The notes: a model not told the origin generated them from the letters alone. Counted from the stretch's first letter, positions 42,184 to 51,804 are shown. The stretch: DNA of 64,000 nt from Halobacteriales archaeon QS_8_69_26 (GCA_003023195.1 PXRX01000001.1:768-64767); one strand, 5' to 3'. Made by a program: numbers and translations.

Positions 42184-43875
42184 ATGCCCCGGGAGGGTGC
42201 GGCCCAGGTCGTCATCGCCCTCTTGCTCGTGGCGGCGGCACTCTCGCCGCTGGCGGTGAGCGTCGGGGAGGACGGCCGGGTCGTCGCGGGCCCCGCCGAC
42301 ACCTCCGACGTCCCGGCCGAGGTCGCACCCGACCCGGGATTCCTGGAGTGGGAGGGCCCCGGTGAGGAACGCCCGACTCAGACGGAGGTCGACACCGCCC
42401 CGTCCGCCCACGTCGACGACGAGGTGGAGGTGGTCGCGAAGATCAGGGAGAACGCCGAGGTCCCCGACAGGGTGCAACGCCAGTACGGCGACGTCTACAC
42501 CCGGGAGGGCGCGCGCCGCCTGGCGGGGACCGTCCCCCTCACGGCGGTCCGCGAACTCTCGGAGGAACCGGGCATCGAGGGCGTGCGGATCAAGGCCGAC
42601 CCCGGGATGGACGACGGCACGGGCCGACGCTCGCCCGGCCTCGACGACATCGGTGCCACGGAACTCCACGACCGCGAGGTCGACGGTGAGGGGGTCGTCG
42701 TGGGCGTCATCGACAGCGGCTTCCAGCTGAGCCACCCCTCGATCGCGAACAACGTCGGGGCCTACAACTCGTTCTCGGGAACCTCCTCGCCGCAGCACGG
42801 CACGGCAGTCGCCAGCGTCGTCGCCGACACAGCGCCGGCGGCGGAACTCCACCTGGCGGCGATCGGCCCCTCGACGTCGGTCGAGGAGTACCGCGCCGCC
42901 GTCACGTGGCTCCGGGAGTCCGGTGCCGACGTCATCGTCGACGCCGGGAGCTACTTCGGCCAGCCCGGGGACGGGAGCGGGACGATCGCCGCGGTGGCCA
43001 GCAACGCCTCCGAGGACGTCGCGTTCGTGACCTCGGCGGGGAACTACGCCGAGCGTCACTGGTCTTCGACCCACTACCCGTCGAACGACTCGAAGTACGT
43101 CGACGTCACCCCGGACGCCGAGGGGAACCACCTCGGCGTCGGGGAACGGGTCGAGGGCCGGATCGAACTGGGCCTCACCTGGAACGGGACCGGGGACTAC
43201 GACCTCTACCTGATGCGGGACACCCGCGGCGGCGACATGGCGGTCGCGTCCTCCGCCTGGGAGTCCGAAAACGAGGGAGCGCGCGAACAGCTATCGGCGG
43301 TCGTCCCGGAGGGCCGGTACTACGTCGCCATCCACCCCAACGAGAGCAACCCGCCGGCCGGGCCCACGAGCCTCGAACTCTTCTCGAACCGCGACCTGGA
43401 CTACCGGACTCCGGAGGGAAGCATCACCGCGCCCGCCTCCGCCGAGGGCGTCGTCGCGGTCGGTGCCTACGCCAACGGGAGCGTCGAGTCGTTCTCCTCG
43501 CGTGGACCGCTCGACGACGACCGCCGGGGGGTCGACGTCGTTGCCCCCGACGGCGTCCGGGTCGACGGCGTCGAGGCGGTGGGTGGCACCTCCTTCGCCG
43601 CCCCGTACGTCGCCGGGACGGTCGCACTCCTGAAGGCGGAGTTCCCGGACCTCTCGACCGAGGAGATAGAGGCCATCGTCCGACTGAGCGCCGTCGACGT
43701 GGCTGCCGACGGTCCCGACCCGACTACCGGCCACGGCCTCGTCGACGCCGAGGCCGCCTACGAGACGGCACTGAGCACGACCGACGACGCCGACGACTCC
43801 GGCGACGACTCCGACGACGACACCGAGAACGGGGAGGACGACGGGTCGTCGTCGCCCGAACGGCCAGGCCACTGA
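42184..43875 (+). CDS. Secreted S8 (subtilisin/halolysin-like) serine peptidase
   Basis: 563 aa with an N-terminal signal/anchor. The catalytic Asp lies in VVVGVIDSGF, His in HGTAVASVV and Ser in GGTSFAAPYVAG. The C-terminal tail is acidic. Confidence 0.88.
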   Translation: MPREGAAQVVIALLLVAAALSPLAVSVGEDGRVVAGPADTSDVPAEVAPDPGFLEWEGPGEERPTQTEVDTAPSAHVDDEVEVVAKIRENAEVPDRVQRQYGDVYTREGARRLAGTVPLTAVRELSEEPGIEGVRIKADPGMDDGTGRRSPGLDDIGATELHDREVDGEGVVVGVIDSGFQLSHPSIANNVGAYNSFSGTSSPQHGTAVASVVADTAPAAELHLAAIGPSTSVEEYRAAVTWLRESGADVIVDAGSYFGQPGDGSGTIAAVASNASEDVAFVTSAGNYAERHWSSTHYPSNDSKYVDVTPDAEGNHLGVGERVEGRIELGLTWNGTGDYDLYLMRDTRGGDMAVASSAWESENEGAREQLSAVVPEGRYYVAIHPNESNPPAGPTSLELFSNRDLDYRTPEGSITAPASAEGVVAVGAYANGSVESFSSRGPLDDDRRGVDVVAPDGVRVDGVEAVGGTSFAAPYVAGTVALLKAEFPDLSTEEIEAIVRLSAVDVAADGPDPTTGHGLVDAEAAYETALSTTDDADDSGDDSDDDTENGEDDGSSSPERPGH

Positions 43876-43922
43876 GTGCACGGTCGGCCCCGCGGACCGA
43901 TCGGATTCCTGCCGTCCCGCCG

Positions 43923-44032
43923 GATCCGCCCGTTCGGGATCGCCGAATCCGTTCGTCCCCGATCGTCGAGTCCGCCCGTTCGGGATCGCCGAGTCCGTTC
44001 GTCCTGAACCGTCGAATCCGCCCGTTCCGGGG
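43923..44032. repeat. ~45-46-bp tandem repeat (about 2.4 copies) upstream of topA
   Basis: The unit GA(t/g/a)TCCGCCCGTTCGGGATCGCCGA(a/g)TCCGTTCGTCC.. starts at about 43923, 43968 and 44014 (the last copy is partial). Confidence 0.8.
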
Positions 44033-44137
44033 CTCGACGTTCGCGTCGTCCGCGTGCGCGTACGTCCGCCATCCTGCGGTTCTCCCCGCCATCGACGGAA
44101 AGCCTTTTGGACCGACCGTAGCCTACTGCCCGGCACG

Positions 44138-46645
44138 ATGAACACCGGCGTCGAGCTAATAGTGACCGAGAAGGACAACGCCGCCAGGCGGATCGCCGAC
44201 ATCCTCAGCGGCGGCGATTCGACGGTCAGGGACGCTGGCGGGGTGAACGTCTACGGGTTCGAGGACGGACGCCGGCAGGTGGTGGGCCTCTCCGGACACG
44301 TCGTCGGGGTCGACTTCCCGCCGGAGTACGAGGACTGGCGGGCGGTCGAGCCGGTGGAACTGATCGACGCGGAGGTCCGCAAGACCCCGACCAGGGAGGA
44401 CATCGTCTCGACGCTGCAGTCCCTGGCGCGGGAGGCCGACCGGGTCGTCATCGCCACCGACTACGACCGGGAGGGGGAACTGATCGGCAAGGAGGCCTAC
44501 GAACTGGTCCGCGAGGTGACCGACGTCCCGGTCGACCGGGTCAGGTTCTCCTCCATCACCGAACGGGAGGTGACCGAGGCCTTCGACGACCCCGACGAGA
44601 TAGACTTCGACCTGGCGGCGGCCGGCGAGGCGCGCCAGGTGATAGACCTGATGTGGGGGGCAGCACTCACCCGCTTCCTCTCGCTGTCGGCCCGCCAACT
44701 GGGGGACGACTTCATCTCCGTCGGCCGGGTGCAGTCCCCGACCCTGCGACTGCTCGTCGAGCGCGAACGCGAGATACGGGCGTTCGAACCGGAGGACTAC
44801 TGGGAGCTGTTCGCGGACCTCTCGCGGGACGGCGAGTCCTTCGAGGCCCAGTACTTCCACCGGGAGGACGGCACCGAGACCGAGCGACTGTGGGACGGCG
44901 ACGAGGCGGCGAGCGTCGAGGCGACGCTGCGGGAGGCCGGCACCGCGACCGTCTCGGAGGTCCGGCGGCGCACCCGGACCGACGACCCGCCGGCGCCGTT
45001 CAACACGACGCAGTTCATCAAGGCCGCCGGGTCGCTCGGCTACGCCGCGGGCCGGGCGATGAGCATCGCCGAGGACCTCTACACTGCCGGCTACCTCACC
45101 TACCCGCGGACGGACAACACCGTCTACCCGGAGGACTTAGAGCCCGACGAGTTGCTGGCGGCGTTCGAGGGGCACCGGACCCTCGGCGAGGACGCCGCCT
45201 CCCTCCGGGGGGACGACGTCGAACCGACCAGGGGCGACACGGAGTCGACCGACCACCCGCCGATCCACCCGACCGGCGAGATACCGGACCGCTCGGAGCT
45301 GAGCGACGACGAGTGGGAGGTGTACGAACTGGTGGTCCGGCGGTTCTTCGCGACGGTGGCCGACCCCGCGCGGTGGGCCCACCTCCGGGTGGTCGCCGAC
45401 GCCGGCGGCTGTTCGCTGAAGGCCAACGGCAAGCGCCTCCTGGAACCGGGCTACCACGCGGTCTACCCCTACTTCTCCACCTCGGAGAACTACGTGCCCG
45501 ACGTCTCGGAGGGCCAGCGACTCGACGTCGAGGACGTCCGCCTGGCGGAGAAGCAGACACAGCCACCCCGCCGGTACGGCCAGTCACGGCTCATCGAGGT
45601 CATGGAGGACATGGGGATCGGGACGAAGGCCACTCGGCACAACGTCCTCGACAAGCTGTACGCCCGGGGGTACGTCGAGGGGAACCCGCCGCGGCCGACG
45701 AACCTCGCGATGGCCGTGGTCGACGCCGCCGAGGAGTACGCCGAACAGATCGTCTCCGAGGGCATGACCCAGCAACTGGAGGCGGACATGGCGGCCATCG
45801 CGCGGGGCGAGGCGACCCTGGAGGAGGTCACCGACGAGTCCCGGGAGATGCTCCGGGAGGTGTTCGAGGCGCTGACCGAGTCCCGCGAGGAGGTCGGCGA
45901 CCACCTCCGGGAGTCGCTGAAGGCCGACAAGACCCTGGGCGAGTGCCCGGAGTGTGGCGACGAACTGCTGGTCCGCCGGAGCCGACACGGGTCGGTGTTC
46001 GTCGGCTGTGACGGGTTCCCCGACTGTCGGTTCACCCTGCCACTGCCGGACAAGGGCGAACCGCTGGTGCTCGACGAGCGCTGCGAGGACCACGGCCTCC
46101 GGCACGTCAAGATGCTCGCCGGCGAGGACACCTTCGTCCACGGCTGTCCGATCTGCGCCGACGAGGACGCCGGCGAGGGGCCGGTCATCGGGGCCTGCCC
46201 CGACTGCGGCGAGGAACACGGCGGCGAACTCGCCCTCAAGACCCTCCGGAACGGCTCCCGGCTCGTGGGGTGTACCCGGTACCCCGACTGCGAGTACTCG
46301 CTGCCACTCCCGCGCCGGGGAGAGATCGAGGTCACCGACGACCGCTGTGCGGAACACGACCTGCCCGAACTCCTCGTCCAGGACGGGGACGACCCGTGGG
46401 AACTGGGCTGTCCGATCTGCAACTACCGGGAGTACCAGGCCCGCCAGGCCCGGTCGAACGGCGACCTGTCGGCCATCGACGGCATCGGCGAGAAGACCGA
46501 GGCGAAACTCGCCGACGCCGGCGTCGAGACCCCCGAGGACCTCGCCGGAGTCGACGCCGACGACCTGGCCGGGCGCGTCGACGGCGTCTCCGCCGACCGG
46601 ATCCGGGAGTGGCAGAGCGCCATCGAGGCGGCCGCCGAGGCCTGA
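44138..46645 (+). CDS. topA: DNA topoisomerase I (type IA)
   Basis: Start re-picked at ATG 44138 (MNTGVELIVTEKDNAARRIA...). A Toprim domain and the type IA core (..LYTAGYLTYPRTDN..) are present. Four C-terminal Cys4 zinc ribbons and a terminal helix-hairpin-helix (IDGIGEKTEAKLADAG) follow. Confidence 0.93.
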   Translation: MNTGVELIVTEKDNAARRIADILSGGDSTVRDAGGVNVYGFEDGRRQVVGLSGHVVGVDFPPEYEDWRAVEPVELIDAEVRKTPTREDIVSTLQSLAREADRVVIATDYDREGELIGKEAYELVREVTDVPVDRVRFSSITEREVTEAFDDPDEIDFDLAAAGEARQVIDLMWGAALTRFLSLSARQLGDDFISVGRVQSPTLRLLVEREREIRAFEPEDYWELFADLSRDGESFEAQYFHREDGTETERLWDGDEAASVEATLREAGTATVSEVRRRTRTDDPPAPFNTTQFIKAAGSLGYAAGRAMSIAEDLYTAGYLTYPRTDNTVYPEDLEPDELLAAFEGHRTLGEDAASLRGDDVEPTRGDTESTDHPPIHPTGEIPDRSELSDDEWEVYELVVRRFFATVADPARWAHLRVVADAGGCSLKANGKRLLEPGYHAVYPYFSTSENYVPDVSEGQRLDVEDVRLAEKQTQPPRRYGQSRLIEVMEDMGIGTKATRHNVLDKLYARGYVEGNPPRPTNLAMAVVDAAEEYAEQIVSEGMTQQLEADMAAIARGEATLEEVTDESREMLREVFEALTESREEVGDHLRESLKADKTLGECPECGDELLVRRSRHGSVFVGCDGFPDCRFTLPLPDKGEPLVLDERCEDHGLRHVKMLAGEDTFVHGCPICADEDAGEGPVIGACPDCGEEHGGELALKTLRNGSRLVGCTRYPDCEYSLPLPRRGEIEVTDDRCAEHDLPELLVQDGDDPWELGCPICNYREYQARQARSNGDLSAIDGIGEKTEAKLADAGVETPEDLAGVDADDLAGRVDGVSADRIREWQSAIEAAAEA

Positions 46646-46827
46646 CGGCCGCCGACTCGCCCGGCGGTCCGTCCCGCCGTCCCGTTCACGCTCCGACCGC
46701 CCCGGTTCGCCGGACGGTCCGTCCCGTCACTCGGTTTCCGCCCTGACCGTCCGCAGTATCTCCTCGACGAGGTCGGGGTCGTAACCAGAAGGGATCGAGC
46801 GAGCCGTCGTCCGGGGCCTCGGTCGAG

Positions 46828-47010
46828 GTGACGGCGACGTTCCGGGACGCGGACGGGATGTCGCTCGGGGTCCGGTCCGAGGCGGTCTACTTCGACCCCG
46901 ACGAGGCCGTCGCGTTCCGGATGGCCCTCGGCGAGGGGGACGCCTGGCGGGACGTCGAGACGGTCGAACTGAGCGTGCGCCCCTCGGCGTGTCTCGAGGC
47001 CAGGAAGTGA
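46828..47010 (+). CDS. Possible small acidic protein (60 aa, GTG start), or a gene fragment
   Basis: Composition is coding-like (..[45 protein letters not shown]..). There is no ATG start, no recognised family and no clear promoter. Confidence 0.3.
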   Translation: MTATFRDADGMSLGVRSEAVYFDPDEAVAFRMALGEGDAWRDVETVELSVRPSACLEARK

Positions 47011-47083
47011 GTCGGCTGGCCCCGGTACGGAGAGGCCGCCGGAACCGAAGGTGATTTTACCCGGATCCCGCCTATCGACCCCC

Positions 47084-47794
47084 ATGACCGCGGCCTGGAC
47101 CGAGTGGGACCACGTCGTGAAGGTCGACCCCGACAAGGACCTGGTCGACGGGGAGACCTTCGCCGACGTGGCCGCGACGGGAACCGACGCCGTCGCCGTC
47201 GGCGGTACGACGGGGATGACCGAGGAGAAGATGAGCGACGTGATAGACGCCTGCGGGCGACACGACGTCCCGGTGTTCCAGGAGCCGTCGAGCCCGGGGG
47301 TCGTCGTCGAACACGACGCGCTGTCGGGCTACCTGGTCCCGACGGTGTTCAACGCCAGCGACGCCTTCTGGGTGACCGGCGCACACAAGGAGTGGGTGCG
47401 CGAGGACGACGTCCTCGACTGGTCGCGCACGGCCACCGAGGCCTACGTCGTCCTGAACCCCGACTCAGCCGTGGCCCGCTACACGGAGGCCGACTGCGAC
47501 CAGTCCCCCGAGGACGTCGCCGCCTACGCCGCCGTCGCGGAGCGACTGTTCGGCCAGCCCATCGTCTACGTCGAGTACTCCGGCACCCTGGGGGATCCCG
47601 AGGTGGTGTCGGCCGCCGCCGACGCCCTCGACGAGACGACGCTGTTCTACGGGGGCGGGATCGGCGACTACGAGTCGGCCAGGCAGATGGCGAGCAACGC
47701 CGACGTCGTCGTCGTCGGGGACCTCGTCCACGACGAGGGGGTCGACGCCGTCCGCGAGACGGTCGAGGGTGCCAAGGACGGGGCGGACGACTGA
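47084..47794 (+). CDS. Geranylgeranylglyceryl phosphate synthase (phosphoglycerol geranylgeranyltransferase, PcrB/GGGPS family)
   Basis: Start re-picked at ATG 47084 ([18 protein letters not shown]..). The motifs ..[10 protein letters not shown].., ..VFQEPS.. and ..[23 protein letters not shown] are typical of haloarchaeal GGGPS. Confidence 0.85.
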   Translation: MTAAWTEWDHVVKVDPDKDLVDGETFADVAATGTDAVAVGGTTGMTEEKMSDVIDACGRHDVPVFQEPSSPGVVVEHDALSGYLVPTVFNASDAFWVTGAHKEWVREDDVLDWSRTATEAYVVLNPDSAVARYTEADCDQSPEDVAAYAAVAERLFGQPIVYVEYSGTLGDPEVVSAAADALDETTLFYGGGIGDYESARQMASNADVVVVGDLVHDEGVDAVRETVEGAKDGADD

Positions 47795-47810
47795 CCCGCG
47801 GGTAGCGAGG

Positions 47811-47941
47811 ACCGATCCCGGCCTGGAGAACTGCCCCGGGGATCGCGTGAACCGATCCCGGCCTGGAGAACTGCCCCGGGGATCGCGGGAACCGATCCCG
47901 GCCTGGAGAACTGCCCCGGGGATCGCGGGAACCGATCGCGG
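47811..47941. repeat. 40-bp tandem repeat (3 full copies plus a partial one), each unit able to form an imperfect hairpin
   Basis: The unit ACCGATCCCGGCCTGGAGAACTGCCCCGGGGATCGCG(T/G)GA occurs at 47811-47850, 47851-47890 and 47891-47930, with a partial copy at 47931-47941. Within a unit, CGATCCCGG can pair with CCGGGGATCG. The repeat lies between two convergent genes. Confidence 0.9.
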
Positions 47942-47968
47942 CTCGCAGGAAGGGTGGAGGGCGGCCGA

Positions 47969-48454
47969 TCAGGTCTCGTGGGTGGCCACGACGACCTCGG
48001 TGGCACCGATCCAGACGACCTCGACGGTCGACCCGGGGGCGACCTCGACGCTGTTCTGGTCGCTCGGTTCGACCGGTAGCTCCCAGGTGGTCCGCTCCTC
48101 GCCGTCGACGCGGATCACCAGGCGATCGGTGTTCTCCTCGGTGAACGCCTCGACGCCACTGTTGACCATCATCAGGGTCTCCTCGTCGGCGTCGTAGACG
48201 AACTGGATCTCGGCGTCCGGCGGGCTGGTCGCCTCGGTCGTCCCGTCGTCCGTGGTCGTCCCGCCGTCGGTCGTGGTGGTCGTCCCGCCGTTCCGTGTGG
48301 TGGTCGTCTCGCCGTTCCGCGTCGTCGGTTCCTCGTCGGTGGGCGTCGGCGTGCCGTCGTCGCCGCCGTCGCCCGAACAGCCGGCCAGGGCGACCAGCGT
48401 TCCGACGGTCGCAGCGGTCGTGGAGAGCAGTCGTCTGCGGGTTGGGGACTCCAT
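47969..48454 (-). CDS. Tat-secreted lipoprotein, hypothetical
   Basis: Start re-picked at ATG 48454 (MESPTRRRLLSTTAATVGTLVALAGCSG..). A twin-arginine motif and the lipobox LAGC are followed by a Thr-rich linker and a small beta-rich domain. Confidence 0.7.
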   Translation of the reverse strand: MESPTRRRLLSTTAATVGTLVALAGCSGDGGDDGTPTPTDEEPTTRNGETTTTRNGGTTTTTDGGTTTDDGTTEATSPPDAEIQFVYDADEETLMMVNSGVEAFTEENTDRLVIRVDGEERTTWELPVEPSDQNSVEVAPGSTVEVVWIGATEVVVATHET

Positions 48455-48563
48455 GCGCCCCCGCCTCCGCGGTCCACCCCTATAATCCCCCCGAGTTCGT
48501 CCGACGGGTGTCCGCCGCCGGGAGTTGGCCAGGGTTTTACCCGGGCCTTCCCGATCCGTCCCC

Positions 48564-49247
48564 ATGACCGACGTGCCGCCCCTCGCGGTGGACATCGACG
48601 GGACGCTCACCCGGCCCGACGGTCCCGGCATCGACGCTCGCGTCTTCGCCGCCCTCAGGGGGTGGGAGGCCCCGGTGGTCGTCGCGACCGGGAAGGCCTT
48701 CCCCTACCCCGTCGCGCTGTGTCACTTCCTGGCGATCCCGGAGCGCGTCGTCGCCGAGAACGGCGGGATCGTCTACGCCGAGGACCGGATCGAGGTGGTC
48801 GCCGACGGGGAGACGCCCCGGCAGGTACTCGAGGCCTACCGCGAGGCCGGCGGGGAGGTGGGGTTCGGGCGGGCCGACACCGCCAACCGCTGGCGCGAGA
48901 CCGAGGTGGTCGTCCACCTCGACGGCGACGAACGGCTCCTGCGTGACCTCGCCCGGGACCACGGCCTGGAGGTCGTCGACACGGGCTACGCCTACCACGT
49001 CAAGGACCCGGGCCGGGACAAGGGGACCGGCCTCCGGGCGGTCGCCGACCTCCTGGAACTGGACCCCGGGGCGTTCGTCGCCGTCGGCGACTCGGAGAAC
49101 GACGCGCCCGCCTTCGAGGTGGCCGGGTACGCCTACGCCGTCGCCAACGCCGACGGGGCCGCCCGGGACGCCGCCGACGAGGTCCTCGACGCGGCCCACG
49201 CCGACGGGTTCCTGGCGGCACTGGACCTGATCCGCGACCGGTCCTGA
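48564..49247 (+). CDS. HAD-IIB (Cof-type) phosphatase, archaeal phosphoglycolate phosphatase-like
   Basis: Start at ATG 48564 (MTDVPPLAVDIDGTLT..). HAD motif I is DIDGTLT, motif II is the ATG in VVVATGK, and motif III/IV is ..K..G......VAVGDSENDAPAF. Confidence 0.8.
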   Translation: MTDVPPLAVDIDGTLTRPDGPGIDARVFAALRGWEAPVVVATGKAFPYPVALCHFLAIPERVVAENGGIVYAEDRIEVVADGETPRQVLEAYREAGGEVGFGRADTANRWRETEVVVHLDGDERLLRDLARDHGLEVVDTGYAYHVKDPGRDKGTGLRAVADLLELDPGAFVAVGDSENDAPAFEVAGYAYAVANADGAARDAADEVLDAAHADGFLAALDLIRDRS

Positions 49248-49322
49248 CCCCCGACTGCGGGTCGATCGGGGACCGCGACAACCGGACAGGAAGCGCCGGG
49301 AACTGGGGGCGCGGATCCCCCG

Positions 49323-49529
49323 TCAGGGAACGGTGATGCCGTGCTTGGCGAGGAAGCCGCTGACCCCCTTGATCTCGACGGGGCTACCGATGATCCGGCA
49401 GTAGCCGTCCTCGATGGTGACGACGGTGACGGTGAACTCCTCGGTCAACGAGTCCCGGAGCCCGTTGAGTTCGTCGCAGGGGACCACGATCTGAGTGCTG
49501 TCGCGAAGCCGCGACGGGTCCGGGGTCAT
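49323..49529 (-). CDS. Small hypothetical protein (68 aa)
   Basis: Internal ATG at 49529 (MTPDPSRLRDSTQIVVPCDELNGLRDSLTEEFTVTVVTIEDGYCRIIGSPVEIKGVSGFLAKHGITVP). It looks coding, but no family was recognised. Confidence 0.5.
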   Translation of the reverse strand: MTPDPSRLRDSTQIVVPCDELNGLRDSLTEEFTVTVVTIEDGYCRIIGSPVEIKGVSGFLAKHGITVP

Positions 49530-49703
49530 TCGATACCGTACATCCGTCGTGGGTGACGTATTAATCTTTACAAGACTCTCGGGCACGTCAACCGATGACG
49601 TGATTTTCTGTGGCAATTACTGGCACGGTCCCCGGGAGGGGTCGCGCGGTCCCCGGGCCGGAAGAAAGGGTTTTTCGGCGGGGGTCGACGACGATCCGAC
49701 CAG

Positions 49704-50816
49704 ATGGGGCTCGAAGAGGAGATCGAGGAGATCCGCGAGGAGATCCGTACCACGCCCTACAACAAGTCGACCGAGCAGCACATCGGCCGGCTGAAGGCCA
49801 AGCTCGCGGAGAAGAAGGAGGAACTGGAGCGCCGGCAGGCCTCCTCGGGCGGCGGCGGTGGCTACGCGGTCGAGAAGACCGGCGACGCCACCGTCGCGAT
49901 GGTGGGCTTTCCCAGCGTCGGCAAGTCCACCCTGCTGAACGCCCTGACGAACGCCGACAGCGAGGTCGGGGCCTACGAGTTCACGACGCTGGACGTCAAT
50001 CCCGGGATGCTCAAGTACAACGGGGCGAACATCCAGATCCTCGACGTGCCGGGGCTGATCGAGGGTGCGGCCTCGGGACGGGGGGACGGGAAGGCCGTGC
50101 TGTCGGTGGTGCGCTCGGCCGACCTGGTCCTGATGCTCCTCTCGCCCTACGAGATAGAGCAGTACGACCGGCTCCGGGAGGAACTGTACGACAACAAGGT
50201 CCGGCTGGACGCCGAGCCGCCACGGATCTCGGTGGCCCGGAAGGGGAAGGGCGGACTCGACGTCACCGCGTCCGTCGACCTGGATCTGGAGGAGGACACC
50301 ATCACGGAGGTGCTCCGGGAGCACGGCTACGTCAACGCCGACGTGACCATCGGGGAGCAGGTCGGGGTCGACAGGCTCATCGACGGGGTGATGGACAACC
50401 GCGAGTACATCCCCTCCATCGTCGCGGTCAACAAGGCCGACCTGCTCGACGAGGCGTACCTCGACACGCTCTACGAGGGGCTCAGGGAGCGGGACCTCGA
50501 CCCGGAGGAAGTGACGTTCATCAGCGCCGAGCAGGGGAAGGGGCTGGACGCCCTCACGGAACGGCTCTGGGACGCCCTCGGGCTGATCCGCGTGTACATG
50601 GAGAAGCCGGGGCGCGGAGTCGACTACGAGGAGCCGCTCGTCCTGGAGGAGGGGGCCACCGTCGACGACGCGTGCCGGAAACTCGGCGGTGACTTCGAGG
50701 AACGGTTCCGGTTCGCCCGCGTGTCCGGCCCGAGTGCCAAGCACGACCGCCAGCAGGTCGGCACCGACCACGAACTGGCCGACGAGGACGTCCTCCGGCT
50801 GGTGTTACGCAGGTGA
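49704..50816 (+). CDS. DRG-family OBG-like GTPase with C-terminal TGS domain
   Basis: 370 aa. G1 is GFPSVGKST, G3 is DVPGLIEGA and G4 is NKAD. A TGS-like C-terminus (..IRVYMEKPG....PLVL..GATVDDAC.KL) is present. Confidence 0.9.
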   Translation: MGLEEEIEEIREEIRTTPYNKSTEQHIGRLKAKLAEKKEELERRQASSGGGGGYAVEKTGDATVAMVGFPSVGKSTLLNALTNADSEVGAYEFTTLDVNPGMLKYNGANIQILDVPGLIEGAASGRGDGKAVLSVVRSADLVLMLLSPYEIEQYDRLREELYDNKVRLDAEPPRISVARKGKGGLDVTASVDLDLEEDTITEVLREHGYVNADVTIGEQVGVDRLIDGVMDNREYIPSIVAVNKADLLDEAYLDTLYEGLRERDLDPEEVTFISAEQGKGLDALTERLWDALGLIRVYMEKPGRGVDYEEPLVLEEGATVDDACRKLGGDFEERFRFARVSGPSAKHDRQQVGTDHELADEDVLRLVLRR

Positions 50817-51289
50817 CCGGCCCCGGCGACGACCGGTCCGAGCGGAGTGGCGATAGGGCCGACGACGCGGCTGGCGACCCTCGGTCCCTCCTGGTGGTCG
50901 TCCTCGCCCTCCTCCCGTGGACCGTCGTCGTCCACCCGGGGGGCGTCGACCTGGTGTTCGGGTGGGGACTGGTCAACACGAACCCCCTCGGCGTCGTCGA
51001 CCTCCCGTCGTACCTGTTCGTCTACACGCCCGGTCCCCGGAGCCTCCCGTCGAGGCTGGTCGCCTGGCCCGGGTCGACCGCGCTGTTCGTGCTCGCCGTC
51101 GCCAGTGCGTCCCTGGGGGTCGTCGGCCGCGAGGACCGCCGGGTCACCGCCGCGTTGCTCGCACTGGCGGGACTGGTCCACCTCCGGGTGGCGCTCGGAC
51201 TGGTCCGGGTCGGCGGCACCGCCCTGCCGGTCGGGTCCGCGCTGATGCTCGGGACGGCCTGGTGGGTCCTCGGCCGGCCGGCGCAGTGA
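50813..51289 (+). CDS. Polytopic membrane protein, hypothetical, translationally coupled to the DRG GTPase gene
   Basis: The GTG start overlaps the DRG stop (GTGA at 50813-50816). 158 aa with four hydrophobic helices. Confidence 0.6.
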   Translation: MTGPGDDRSERSGDRADDAAGDPRSLLVVVLALLPWTVVVHPGGVDLVFGWGLVNTNPLGVVDLPSYLFVYTPGPRSLPSRLVAWPGSTALFVLAVASASLGVVGREDRRVTAALLALAGLVHLRVALGLVRVGGTALPVGSALMLGTAWWVLGRPAQ

Positions 51290-51649
51290 TCGCTACCTAT
51301 AATCTCCCCGACCGGTACCCGGAGCGCAACGCGGCGGTTCCCGGGGGTCCGATCCCCGCCACTCGCACGTCTGTAAGGATACCGTCAGCTTTGCGTGCGA
51401 GGGAGCCATCCCCGCAGAGCGGGTCAGTTGGGGGAGCGATCCGTCCGCGTTCGGCGATCAGGATCGCTGTCGTGTATCTTCCTCATCCGGCCGACAGGAA
51501 CCGGACAGATCCCCGGGTATCGGACCGAAACTTTTCTAAAGTCCTCCCGTGATGCCTCACATGGCGGTTCAAGCATGAGGCGTCGAGTTCCCCCCCGTCG
51601 GCGTGGTGACACGAATGCGTGTGGGGGAGCTGTCAGACGCTTACAGAAA

Positions 51650-51804
51650 GTATTTAAATCATGGATGAGTCACTGAACCTGACTCCAGCCAATGGAGGTT
51701 AATAACACGGCATGAGTTCGAACAACTATCGGAGAACAGACGATCGCGCCTTCCAGCGCGTAGGAAACGATGCACCAATCGAAAATGGAGGTGTGAGCTA
51801 ACGC
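51650..51804 (+). promoter_or_regulatory. Leader of the giant glycoprotein gene: TATA-like box, duplicated AATGGAGGT Shine-Dalgarno-like elements and a 29-codon uORF
   Basis: A TATA-like tatttaaat lies at about 51651-51659. GGAGGT at 51694-51699 is 12 nt before the uORF ATG at 51712. The uORF (51712-51801) encodes MSSNNYRRTDDRAFQRVGNDAPIENGGVS. GGAGGT at 51787-51792 is 12 nt before the main ATG at 51805. Confidence 0.45.

Noticed and set aside
46646-47083. A minus-strand gene in the topA-GGGPS spacer (237-aa ORF at 46423-47136; a C-terminal-looking ..DPDLVEEILRTVRAETE in another frame)
   Set aside because: The long ORF is Arg/Gly/Pro-rich. The other frame looks protein-like for only about 20 codons before it also turns Arg/Pro-rich. 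Only the weak plus-strand 60-aa candidate was kept, at low confidence.
47811-47941. The tandem repeats here, and those at 17032, 23685 and 43923, considered as CRISPR arrays
   Set aside because: The units are contiguous with no unique spacers, and no cas genes or leader are present in the window. They are reported as plain tandem repeats instead.
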